From: Octopus vulgaris
Taxonomy: Eukaryota
Assembly: GCA_951406725.2 (NCBI GenBank)
Contig: OX597830.1
Span: forward strand, 31,868,001 to 31,932,000
Length of the DNA: 64,000 nucleotides
Direction: 5' to 3'
Shown: one piece after another, positions 51,849 to 64,000 of the stretch
Layout: each line of letters starts with the position of its first letter
Position numbering within the stretch: the stretch's first letter is position 1
Made by a program: the position numbers and the translations under genes
Notes under the pieces: model-generated
Told to the model about the DNA's origin: nothing
The model's input: the letters and a program-made list of their open reading frames with translations, nothing else
Database searches by the model: none

Positions 51849-52480
51849 ATACATCTATCTATTATAGTCACTAAATCACCAAAAATATTTCCGGCAATCA
51901 ACAACTTCCTCCCAGTCTAACTGCCAGTCGCTCACTAAATACCTCAGGGCATAACCAAATATCATCATCACTCTCTCTAATACTCCCCTTCCCAATCTTT
52001 CTCTCTCTCCCTCTCTCTCCTCTCTCTCCACTCTCTCCCTTCTCTCCTCTTCCCACTCTGTCTCTCTCATCTCTCGCTCTCACTTTCTTTGTGTTTCTCT
52101 CTTTGTTTTTAGCGTGGGCAGTAGGGTGTTCTTTTCTGTTGGTCAGCCAAATGTTACAGGTAAATTATTTCCTGAGAAGTAATTTAATTCCACGTTTCCA
52201 CACCACACAGCACCATTCTGTATTTTAGAAACAAACAAAACAAAAACAGCAAAAAATACAAATTTTCCTAACCCCATTTTCCAACCCACATTGCCCAACC
52301 CTCTTGTCTCCATCCCTCCACACCAAAATCCCTATCCTCCCACACATCAATGCCATCACAGCAGCATTGTCGACCCCTTTCCCACTCCCCTGGAAAATCA
52401 GTGCATTGGGTCCTGTAGTATTTATTTATTGATAGTTAATCCAAATTACTCCATAAATTGCACAGGGCCAGTTTCCCAGT

Positions 52481-52539
<59 letters not shown>

Positions 52540-52698
52540 ACACACGCATACACACACACATATATATATTCATCCTCCTGGATGAGGTGCTAGTCCCTCA
52601 CAAGGTTACTCATTTTTACTAGCTGAGTAGATTGGAGCAATGTGAAATGAAGTGTTTTGCTTAAGAATACAACGTGTTGCTTTGTCCAGGAACTGAAA

Positions 52699-53125
52699 CA
52701 TCCAGCTGTAAAAACCATGCTTAAAACATACCTCGCTTGTGCTGGTGCCACAGAAAAAGTACCCAAGCCACTTTGTAAGGTGTTTGGCATTTGGAAGGAC
52801 ATCCAGCTGTAGAAACCATCCTTAAAACAGACCTCGCCAGTGCTGGTGCCACATTAAAAGTACCCAAGCCACTTTGTAAGGTGGTTGGCATTTGAAAGGA
52901 CATCCTGCTGTAAAAAGCCATGTCAAAATAGATCTTGCTGGTGCTGGTGCCATGCAGAAAGTACCCAGACCACTCTGCAGGGTGGTTGGCACTAAGAAGG
53001 GCATCCAGCCATAAAAAAAAAACCCTGCAAAACAAGGGACAGTAAAGACTTGTGAAGTCCTCTAAGCATGCCAGCTCCTGTCAAACCATCCAGCGCAGGA
53101 CAACATGGAAAACAGGTTTTAGATG

Positions 53126-53130
<5 letters not shown>
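52699..53130 (+). mobile_element. RTE-type 3' end with a triplicated 101-bp unit
   Basis: CATCC(A/T)GC anchors at 52699, 52800, 52901 and 53002, then the usual ...CATGGAAAACAGG-(GAT)n tail. Confidence 0.85.
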
Positions 53131-53178
<48 letters not shown>

Positions 53179-53635
53179 GACGGTGATGATGATGATGATG
53201 GTGATCGTGATGATGATGATGATTGTGGTTGTGATTGTGGTGGCGGCAATGATGATGATGATAATATATGTGTGTGTATCTGTAGACACATGCATATATT
53301 TAGACATACCAGAAAATATTTTATTGCAACATACTGGACAAAATTTTACGACTTATTTACATTTTTTTTTGTTGTTTTCCTTTTTTTTATGTATTAATTA
53401 TTGACATTTTCTATGGTTTACATCAAGGAGCAAAAATATCTGGTGTAAGATTTACTGAGTTGCTTTGACACTTAACTATGAAAACAGTGAAAAATTATAT
53501 TTTACTCACCGTGTCGTAATTTGATTCTTGTCTTACCTGCTAATGAGATTCTCTGAGGAATAAATTAGAAGATATGCATTTGCATAAGTATTTATGTGTA
53601 TACGTGTAAATATATACACATATATATATGCATAC

Positions 53636-53666
<31 letters not shown>

Positions 53667-54236
53667 TTTATATATACAGACACATATACGTAAATACATA
53701 TATACATATATATATACACACATAAATATACATTCATATACACACACATATATATGCATACATGTATATATATGTATGTATATATGTATGTATTTATATA
53801 TGCGTGAGAAAACGGATGTTAAATGATGATGATGATGATGATGCATAAATATATGTACATATATATGTATGCATATATGTAAATATATATACATACACAC
53901 ACACACATATATATATATATATCAATACACACTCACACACACAGGTGCATCTGTGTATGCATGTGTAAGCTCTTTAAGCACGCCTACACATATTTATATG
54001 TTACACACACACACACATATCTCATCATAATCATCATCCTCATCATCACCATCATCACTACCATCACCTTCATCATCATCATCATCAGCATTGTCATCAA
54101 CATTTGACAAACCATTTCCTAAAGCTGGCATGGACTGTAGAGGGGTTTCTGCTGACACACGTGCTGCTTTACATCACCTTGTGCCCTGACTGTTCATCAC
54201 CGGCCCCATAAAACTCATAAAAAGATAAACAACATA

Positions 54237-54660
54237 GGCACATGTATGGGTGTGTAGTAAGAAGCTTGCTTCCAAACCACATGATTCTGGGTTCAGTCCC
54301 ACTGCATAGCACCTGGGGCAGGTGTCTAATACTATAGCCTAGGGCTGACCAAAGCCTTGTGAATGGATTTGGTAGACAGAAACTGAAAGAAGCCCATCAT
54401 ATATATATATATATATATATATACGCATGCATACATATATGTATGTATTTGTATGTCTGTGTTTGTCCCCCACTGCCATCACTTGACAATCGATGTTGGT
54501 GTGTTTATGTCCCAGAAACTTAGCAGTTCAGCAAAAGACACTGATAGCCTACACACTAGGCTTACAAAGAATAACTCCTGGGATTGATTTGCTCGACTAA
54601 AAGCGGTGCTCCAGCATGGCCGCAGTCAAATACCTGAAATAAGTAAAAGACTAAAAAGAG
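54237..54660 (+). mobile_element. SINE family A, full length
   Basis: Head-to-tail match with 43488-43900. Confidence 0.88.
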
Positions 54661-54849
54661 TAATACATATACATATATACATACAAACATACATACATAT
54701 ATAAATATACATATATATATATGTATAACACATACTAGCATGGAAAGAGGATGTTAAATGATGATGATGATGAATATATATATATATATATATATATGAA
54801 AAAACAAGTCAAAATAGAAAATGCTAAAATAATTTTATAAAGAACATTT

Positions 54850-54887
54850 CAGTACCGGTTTCGGTCATTTTGAGACCTTTTCAACTG
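54850..54887 (-). ncRNA. minimal type I hammerhead ribozyme motif, U3-A8 variant
   Basis: Reverse complement CAG-TTGAAAA-GGTCtcaaaatGACC-GAAA-CCGG-TA-CTG: stem I CAG/CTG, 4-bp stem II, palindromic stem III and GUA triplet. Confidence 0.75.
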
Positions 54888-55109
54888 TAACGATTAAATA
54901 ATTAAATTTGGAAAAATTAAAAGAAAAGTTTTTTTAAAGGAATATTTGTATAGTGTTCAAATATAAGTGGCATTCTGCCTTTCTCTGTCTCCCTTGTTTG
55001 CACTTGTATATATATTCTTTTAATTTGTTTCACTTGTATATATATTTAATTTGTTTCACTTGTATATATATTAATTTGTTTGCACTTGTATATATATATA
55101 TATATTCTT

Positions 55110-56015
55110 TTAATTTGTTTCAGTCATTTGATTGCAAGCATGCTGGAGCATCCCTTTAAGAGGTTTTAGTTGACGAAATTGACCCCAGGACTTATTCTTT
55201 GTAAGTCTGGTGCTTATTCTATCCGTCTCTTTTGCCGAACTGCTAAATTACAGAGACATAAACACACAGGCATCTGTTGTTAAGCAATGGTGGGTGGGAC
55301 AAACACACATTCACACATTTGCACATAAATATATACACATATATATAGTTGAAATTTATAGAAAAACAAAAGACAAAGACAGGTGTACAAACAACAAGCA
55401 AGTGTATTAGTATGATGCTTGGGAAAAATGAAGAAGTCTTTTACGTTTTGAGCTGATGCTCTTCATCAGAAAGGAATAAGAAAAAATAAACAGAGAGAGA
55501 ATTTAAAAACTTGTAGGATTCAGTGGTCCAACATGGCAAATGATCCACAAGTCCAACATGGTGAATGGTACACACACACACATATATGTCAGGCTTCTTT
55601 CAGTTTCTGTCTACCAAATTCACTCACCAGGCAGTGATTGGCCCATCGCTGATCGGAAGAGGTGACCGTCTGGAAGGAATGTTCTCGTCGCTCCTTTCTG
55701 CCAACAGGTAGCCCCACCCTTACTGGTGCGTGATTGACTCTACATGGCCAGTGTGTCCCCGACTTTCTGCCGCCACCCCGCCCACCCTAAAGTGAGCGCC
55801 CTCATCCTTGCTGTCACTGTCGTTGTGTGCCTCAGCAGCTTTGCTCGCTCACCTGCTGGCATCCGCCGCCATTCCGTTCATTCGTCCTCTTGCCATCAAA
55901 CATTTGGTTTCTTCCTCGTCAAGGCTGTGGTAGAAAACACTTGCCCAAAGTGCCACGCAGTGGGACTGAACCCAGAACCATGTGGTTGGGAAGCAAGCTT
56001 GTTAACCACACAGCA
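55110..56015 (-). mobile_element. SINE family A split by two later insertions
   Basis: Tail at 55110-55310, centre at 55590-55644 and head at 55921-56015; inserts at about 55345-55570 and 55645-55920. Confidence 0.8.
55438..55473 (-). ncRNA. decayed minimal hammerhead motif (C3-G8, G12 mutated to A)
   Basis: Reverse complement CTTT-CTGATGA-A-GAGCatcaGCTC-AAAA-CG-TA-AAAG. Confidence 0.6.
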
Positions 56016-56883
56016 ACACTTGTAGCTGATTGTTTGAGAGTTACTACCCAAATAAATAGATAAACAGATGAATATATATACAATAATATATAAATGATGA
56101 AATAAATATAAAATCAATGTTATAAATGGTAGAACTTTCCCCAAAAAACGAAAGTGGTGGTGAAGAAATTACGACTACAAAATATTTCATTAAAACCAAT
56201 AATTTCTTGAAGTAAACAATATGACAAACAAACCAACAACATGATATACGTATAAAACATGTAAAATAACTATATATGTGTGTATGTGTGTGAGTGTGTG
56301 TAAAACATGAAATAACAATATAAACATAAAACATAAAATACAGCAAACATATGAAACATAAAACAAGCTCAGATTTCTCTTTTATTTGTTTATATTTTTC
56401 TTTGTTTATTTTTTTTTATTTCTAAATCTTATATTTTTTCTAATATTTTTGGTTTTTATCCCTGCCTCTTATTTTCTTTCTCAGATTATATTTAATTATA
56501 ATAATTGTTGTTGTTGTTGTTGCTCTTGTTCTTCTTACTGTTGTTCTTCTTCTTTACTACTACTACTAATATTGGTTGTTGTGGTGGTTGTTGTTGTTGG
56601 TGGTGGTGGCGGTGGTGTTCATCTTATTATTATTGATGCTGTTGGTGTTGTTGTTGTTGTTGTTGCTAATTTTATTTTACTTCTTTTTTACATTGTTTCG
56701 CTGTGACTAATCATCTAATGAGATTGTAATTGCCAAAAACATGTCCAGTTTTATGATTGAAAACAGTTTATGAGCTGATAAATAACTTTTAACAGTCTTT
56801 TTAAAGTCCCAGCATCCTCTTGTGTTTCTTAAAGGAAAAGATGAGACAGATATAAATCTAAGAACACACACAATGATATATAT

Positions 56884-56997
<114 letters not shown>

Positions 56998-57699
56998 ATA
57001 AGCACATATTCATGCAAATATATTTCATGTGTGTGTGTATGCACATATTCATATTCTCCAATGTAGATGTTTTAAATTTTGTGTTCTTATAGAGTCTGAT
57101 GTGCTGTTCACAAGGCCTTGCTTTGAGGATGTGAAACCCTGGGTAGCTCTATGTCTAAGATATAAAATTTTTGTTGTAATAATTACTGCTCTATCCTTTG
57201 GGACATGCTTCTTTCTGATATATGTTTTTTTTTATTAACTATATATATATATATATATATATATTAAATTTGACAGAATGATCTTAATGCTAGAATGTTA
57301 AAGAGGTTGAAAGCACTTCAGAAACTTATGAAAGACTGTTTATGGACTAACTTTTTTACTGGCACAAGTGATATAAGGAGGGAGGAGAGGAAGGGGAGAC
57401 AATGAGAGGTGCGAGGCTGAAACAAGTATATATATATATATTGCACATATTCATATAAAAATATTTCATGTATATGTATATTTATATATACAAGAAGTCA
57501 AATATAATCTGCACTTTTACCATAACATATCTTTATGATTGTCACATTGCCTTCTGTGCATGTGTGCTTATAGTTAGTACTATTGTGGTCACATGATTGA
57601 AGTTTGAGCTTGATTGTGCCGTTTTTCTTTCTGGCTTTACAGAGTAAGCGTGGCTGCTCCACTAGCAATGTGCACCAGAGAAAAACAAAGAGCAGTGAT

Positions 57700-58097
57700 C
57701 TGATTTCTCTGGAAAATGGGTGTATGATCAACAGTGTGAGATACAGTGCTTTGCTGGTCAACAAACTGAAGCCTGTAATTCACACCAAATGCCTATGTCT
57801 ATTGTCAAAGAAAGTTTTGCTGTTGTATGACAATGCACGCCCACACATAGCCACCCACATCATTGAAACCATTAATCGATTGGGTTTTGAAGGTGCTGGA
57901 ACACCCTGCCTACAGCCCAGATCTCAACCCTTCTGACTATCATATCTTTGGACCCCTCAAAGTCGGTTTATGAAGTCACTGTTTTCAAACGGATGAAGTT
58001 GAGAAGGACGTGATATATAAATGTTTGCACGACTGAAAAACTTTCTTCTTGGAGGGAATACACAAGCTTTTGGACTGCTGGACCAAGTGCATCAGAG
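57700..58097 (+). pseudogene. mariner transposase C-terminal fragment
   Basis: INSVRYSALL...VLLLYDNARPH, then frameshifted LEHPAYSPDLNPSDYHIFGPLK...GIHKLLDCWTKCI (DD34D-type motifs). Confidence 0.9.
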
Positions 58098-58239
58098 TGA
58101 ACTGGGTGCTTTCACACACCACTGATACAGGTGCTTTTTACATGCTACCAGCACTTACGAGCCCTAAAGACTGGGAATGCTCAGCTGGAGAGGGTTGCAG
58201 CGGATGGGTCAAAGTACCCCAGTTTCTTGGTCAAAAACC

Positions 58240-58615
58240 AGATATTTCTTCTCCATGCATCTTATACTATTACCTCAAAGGCCTATACACTTCTAACCTA
58301 GTGACCACAAGAGCGAATTTCTGTCTGGCACACTGTCGTGCAATCTGCAACATCTCACACCTCTGGTCCTTGGATCCTAAAACACTGGCAAGCGTCTCGT
58401 ATTCTGTTTTCATCTTGGTAAGTAAACCTGTTGTCTAGCTTCTATTCTAGTAACCTGGAATAATTTCTGTTGCTTCCACTCTTCAAGACTTTCCAGTTTG
58501 TCAAATTTCTAATTCCTTGTTCTTGTATTACACCATCTTTGACTTGCATCAGACCTTATATCAAACACATACATGGTCTGCAGCACTCAGCAGGTTCTTC
58601 CTATAAAAACTACCA
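58240..58615 (-). mobile_element. old RTE LINE internal fragment (EN-RT linker)
   Basis: Hand translation LFQVTRIEARQQVYL / LASVLGSKDQRCEMLQIARQCARQ resembles the RTE linker; stops and frameshifts present. Confidence 0.55.
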
Positions 58616-58645
58616 GTTGTCTTCTATGCTATAATTTTCCCTGTC

Positions 58646-58681
<36 letters not shown>

Positions 58682-58695
58682 AATCCCTCCCTCCC

Positions 58696-58841
<146 letters not shown>

Positions 58842-58890
58842 GATCAATCAATCCATCTATCCATGTATCTATCTATATATATATATAAAT

Positions 58891-58931
<41 letters not shown>

Positions 58932-59660
58932 CTCCTTGTCTTTGTCTCTCTCTCTCTCTCTTTCTCTCTCTCTGCATATATACATACATACATACATATA
59001 TATATATATGTATACACACATATATATATATAAAGACATCTACCTACATTTCTGTCCTTCTGTCAACTTCTACCCTTTTCAATCTCTTTCTCTAAAAGTC
59101 AGGCTCTTTTCACCTGTGTCTCTTTCATTTCTTCACCTCTATTATATTGTTTTTGCTTTCCTATGGCTATCCAGGTACATTCATTAACGTTATCATTTAC
59201 ATCACCAATACCCTCATCATAATATTTCTTCTCTCTCTTTCCTCATTTTCTTTGCTGTCATCATCACTGCCACCACTGCTACCACCGCCACCACCACCAC
59301 CATCATCATCATCACCCTTGCTGTCATCACCGTCATCGCCATCATTTCTTAATTATTTGCCTGTCACCAGTGCAGTCCTTCATAGAGTGAATGTCTTGCT
59401 GATTTTTAAGCAGTTAACACGCATCTCCCAATATCTAGACTTTCTGATTACATACCTGGGTTCTTAATAAGGTCACCTTGATAATTACATACCTTTGCAT
59501 ACATACTAGCAAATATGTGCATAGGTACATACATACATATATATATATATATATACACATATATATATATATACATATATAGGTATATATATATGTATGT
59601 ATATATATGCATACAGTCCAGTCACAGATAGACACACATATAGATATATAAATATATGTG

Positions 59661-59709
<49 letters not shown>

Positions 59710-59722
59710 GTATGTGTATATA

Positions 59723-59762
<40 letters not shown>

Positions 59763-59848
59763 AACGCACACACATATATATATATATATGTACAAATGTG
59801 TATATCAACATATATCTATATGTATACATATACATATATTATACATAC

Positions 59849-59879
<31 letters not shown>

Positions 59880-59952
59880 CATATATGTATGTATATATAT
59901 ATGTGTGTGTGTGAGTGTGTGTGTGTATGTATGTATATATATATTATATATT

Positions 59953-59983
<31 letters not shown>

Positions 59984-59990
59984 GTATATA

Positions 59991-60036
<46 letters not shown>

Positions 60037-61309
60037 TATGCGTGTGTATATACTTACACATACACAATTACACACCTGTCTACATACCTAATTGATTTCT
60101 TTGTATCCTAATTTGTCTAAAACTTGGCGACACAAGGTGTGTGCACGTGTGTGTGTGTGTGTGTGTGCTTTGGAAGACGTGGGAAGTGTGTGAGGTGTAC
60201 ATGGAGTTATTCCCTACCCCAACACCTTAAATAAAGACGTAAGTTTAATTTCAGATATTCATAGATACGCACAAGACAGACACATACACACACACAAATA
60301 CAAGAAAAATGTTTTGGTGTTGTCACAGCTACAACATGGTCAGTCAGCCGGCTGAAAATAGCAACTGAATTTCCCTTAAATTATGTCCTACAGACATGCA
60401 ACAAGAGGGACTGATTAAATAATGTATTCTGGAACTATGTCCATGTTTGAAATTGAGGAGTGATGGTCATGGTTTGAATACTCTTGATCACACTCAGAAA
60501 ATCAGAAACCATATCGACACATGCATGTGTGTGTGGTTACAAAGCTTGCATCCTAAGCATGAGGTCTTGTGTTTAGTCCCACATCCTGACACCTTGGGCA
60601 AGTTTCTTCAACCATAGCTCCAGGCTGACCTAAGGAGTGTTATTTATGATTAGCTTTGATTGGATTGCCCATGATCGATCCATTGCAAGACAACAACCTC
60701 ACCAAATTCTCTCCATCATACACAATCCAATGTGAAGGCCAGGAATATGAGCTTGAGATCAAACTAGTTTGATGGGCCTTACTCAGTCACCCTGGTTTAA
60801 CATGGCTTGGCAGAGGGGCGCAGTTTGTCACTCTTACTCAGGAGTATTTAAGTAGATTAAATTGACCCCAGGGCTCCACTAGTCCTCTTTTCATTGACCT
60901 GTAAAAGATGTCAGGCAAAGCCATCCTCAACAGAATTTGAACTCAGAACGTAAAAATGGATGAAATACTGCTAAGCATTACATCTGACATGCTAACGATT
61001 TTGCCAGCTTACTGCCTTTTCCATTAGCCATGATATACCATAGGAGAAGGAGACCAGAAATGGAAAATGGTAAGATATGTAATATCTAAGATTTTGAAAG
61101 AGTTTTAAAAGAATCAGGTATTTTCAAATTGATAATGTTTTTCTTAGGATGTAAGCAGTATCCATGAGAACAATTATTTGTAGTAAAATTTTCTAGGGTT
61201 CCCTGGTATTTGGTCATAATGTTTAAGAGTGCCACTTGGTATTGCCCCTAATGCGTCCTATTTTGCAAGCAGAAGTTATTCCATTGATTCCACATTTTTG
61301 AGACCTCCA

Positions 61310-62538
61310 TGAGGGTCAGCTGTAAAGGTCATTGGCTAACCAAGATACTCACATGGATTGTGACCAAATCAGGTTTATTTTTCAATACAGTCCCTCTTGT
61401 GATCCACACATTCCTTCCATTGGTGTTGCAGTGCTTGAACCCCATTGGTAAAAAAGATTTCATCCTGTGGGTCAAAACAATCATCACCAGCATATATAAC
61501 ATCATCATCATCACTACTACACTAGTTCCCAGCCAAGAGTTTTTTCAAGTTTGGGAACTGATTATGGTCAAATGGGGTAAGTCACAGTCATTCATAGCAA
61601 CCATTGAAACCAAGATCTTGTGTGCTGGAGCATTGTCCTGATGAAATAAGACCCTTTTGTCAATTTTCCTGGGCGTTTGGTCTTGATAGCCTTTCATAAC
61701 TGCCTCAGCCAATTGGCATAGTACTTTCCATTGATGGTGTGACCCTTTTGAAGATAGTCAATAAACACAATGCCTTTTGCATCCACCAAAACTGAAGCCA
61801 TCACCTCTTCTACAGATGAAACGACCTTGGCCTTCTTTGGAGCAGGTGAGGAGAGGTGTTTTGACTGCATGGATTGTCTCTTTTTCTCAGGCTCAAAGTG
61901 ATGAATGGTACACTCATTCTGGCTCAGGAAACATTCAAGGAAACCAGCTGGGTTTGTCTTAAACGATGTCAGGTTTTCCATTGATGTGTTCAGTCTGAGA
62001 CACTTTTGATCAGGTGTCAGAAGACGTGGCACCCACTGAACAGAAACCTTCCTCATGTCAAGTACATTGTGCAGAAGATACTCAATTGCATTGGCTATTT
62101 CATCTATAGCCCATTGCCTGTCGTCAATTACCATGTGGTCAACATCATCGATGTTTTCCTCGGTGGTGACAGTTGCAGAACATCCATACTTCAGGTCCTC
62201 TTCAAGACCCTCCCTTCTAATTTCAGCTACTCACTTTAGCACTGTTGATAAAACTGGAATGTCATCCCCTAGTGTAACAACCACATCCACATGAATGTCC
62301 TTGGGAGGCTAAACCCTTTTCCGTAGGTGTTTGATAACACCACAACGCTAAATTTTGTCTGTTTTCAAACCAAGTCACTACTATTTATTTTAAAGTCTTC
62401 TCCTAACATTCAGGTGTCAGTTTTCCTGGAAAAAAATACAGTTATTAATAAGGAGAATTTAAATTAATGCATGCAAGATTTCACAGCTCTAGTGTCACTC
62501 CTTCATAGTTATCTGATAAATTTTACAGCTTGCTCTCA
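61310..62538 (-). mobile_element. near full-length inactive mariner
   Basis: Degenerate TIRs TGAGGGTCAGCTGTAAAGGTCA / TGAGAGCAAGCTGTAAAATTTA, TA on the right; transposase remnant with WVPRLL, HHFEPE, KVMASV-like and GIVFIDYLQKGHTINGKYY, ending GIQ-like...IEK*; about 1.23 kb. Confidence 0.9.
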
Positions 62539-62556
62539 TACAAATTTTTATGAATC

Positions 62557-62753
62557 AACAATTACAATTAGAAGACATATTAATCATTCAAAAACACAAA
62601 AACCATTAACTTCACTTAAACATTATTATTTGGTGTCAAAATTTTCATCACACCAATTTGACCTGGTCACTGACACAGTTTCAATGTTTAAATAAAGTTA
62701 ACAGCTTTCGTGTGTTTTTGAAAGGTTAATGTGTCTTCTATGCTGTAATTGTT
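62557..62753. repeat. inverted repeat (fold-back), arms about 70 bp
   Basis: 62557-62624 is the imperfect reverse complement of 62683-62753. Confidence 0.85.
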
Positions 62754-63136
62754 TTAGTTTCAGCTCATGGTCTCAAATTAAATCACTTGCCAGACAAGTA
62801 TATCTTTGAAATTTAGGAATTAACTTTTTGCCAAAATAGACCAACATCAATTTTCCTGCATGCAAGATCTTACCTCATATTTATCTCAATGTTTTCCCTT
62901 TGTGTCAAAGCTATTATATTGTCTTACAGGCTCTCCACATTCTCAGGCATTTTTCTTATTAAATAGCTATGATTTTTCCTTTTCTTTTTAATATGTAGTA
63001 CAGCACTGATGTGGAGTCGCAATTTTAGATAAATAAACTTTGAAACAATTCTTGGGAAGAAGATTTGACATGCAAATGGACTCATGAATATACATACATA
63101 CATACATACATGCATAAATATTTGTGTGTATATATA

Positions 63137-63205
<69 letters not shown>

Positions 63206-63229
63206 CAGGGGTGTAACCAGCCCACTTAT

Positions 63230-63760
63230 GTGCACCTTTCTTTCATTGGACACTAGCCTCTGTTTGCAAAGAACTGTTCAGGCAAGTGAAATCGAAATCA
63301 AACCAAATTCACAAATTCGATGACTGGCACCTGTGCCAGTGGAGCACTAAGAGCACCATCCAAGCATGATCACTGCCAGAGCAGCTGACTGGCTTCTGTG
63401 CCGGTGGAATGTAAAAAGCATCATTCAAATGTAATCGTCACCAGCGTTGCCTTACTGGCACTTATGCCAGTGGCACATGAAAAACATTCGAAGGAGGTCA
63501 TTGCCAGTGCCGCTGGACTGGCTCCTGAGCAGGTGGCACGTAAAAAACACCATTTGAACGTAGTCGTTGTCAGTACCGCCTGACTGGCCCTTGTGACAGT
63601 GTCACGCAAAAGCACCCACTACACTCTCAGAGTGGTTGACGTTAGGAAGGGCATCCAGCTGTAGAAACTTTGCCAGATCAGATTGGAGCCTGGTGCAACC
63701 ATCTCGTCCAACCCATGCGAGCATGGAAAGCGGACGTTAAACAATGATGATGATGATGAT
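63230..63760 (+). mobile_element. RTE-type 3' UTR with repeated GGCACGTAAAAAGCAC units
   Basis: About five internal units, then GAGTGGTTGACGTTAGGAAGGGCATCCAGCTG and a GGACGTTAAAC-(GAT)n tail. Other RTE ends lie at about 13680-13880, 40010-40275, 40500-40680, 42540-42680 and 45380-45700. Confidence 0.85.
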
Positions 63761-64000
63761 GGTGATGATAATGACATACTTATTTACATTCTATGAAGCC
63801 ATTGTAAAGGGTTTTTAAGCTTAAAATACCAGGACTAATTAAATATTTCTAAGGCAGCATTTCAATATCTTTCTCGTTGTCATTTCTTATATTCTATGTT
63901 CTATTTGCAATGCTATCACTTTCAATCACTCACTAATTTTCTACACACACACACAAACACACACACACACACACGCACACACACACATGCACGCACGCAC

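Overview
AT-rich, microsatellite-saturated animal DNA, most likely intronic or intergenic. The repeat repertoire points to an octopus (coleoid cephalopod) genome; this is inferred from recognisable repeat families, not from a search. No intact host gene is visible, and almost every supplied ORF is a translation of (TA)n, (CA)n, (TAA)n, (CAC)n or (CTT)n tracts. Supportable content: three tRNA-headed SINE families in dozens of copies; many 5'-truncated RTE LINE ends; a cluster of R4/Dong-like retrotransposon ends sitting in (TAA)n tracts (24.5-29.6 kb); Penelope-like remnants; a full-length dead Tc1 of TRT/DD37E type; dead or deleted mariners; hAT- and piggyBac-type MITEs; and a small Helitron. 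The most interesting signal is three minimal type I hammerhead ribozyme motifs whose catalytic 3-8 pair differs but stays complementary (A3-U8 at 32.8 kb, U3-A8 at 54.85 kb, C3-G8 at 55.45 kb). Other candidates are a miRNA-like hairpin at 1.5 kb, a fold-back at 62.6 kb, a 14-bp minisatellite, and several possible small exons or regulatory islands. All structures were read by eye and none were computed.
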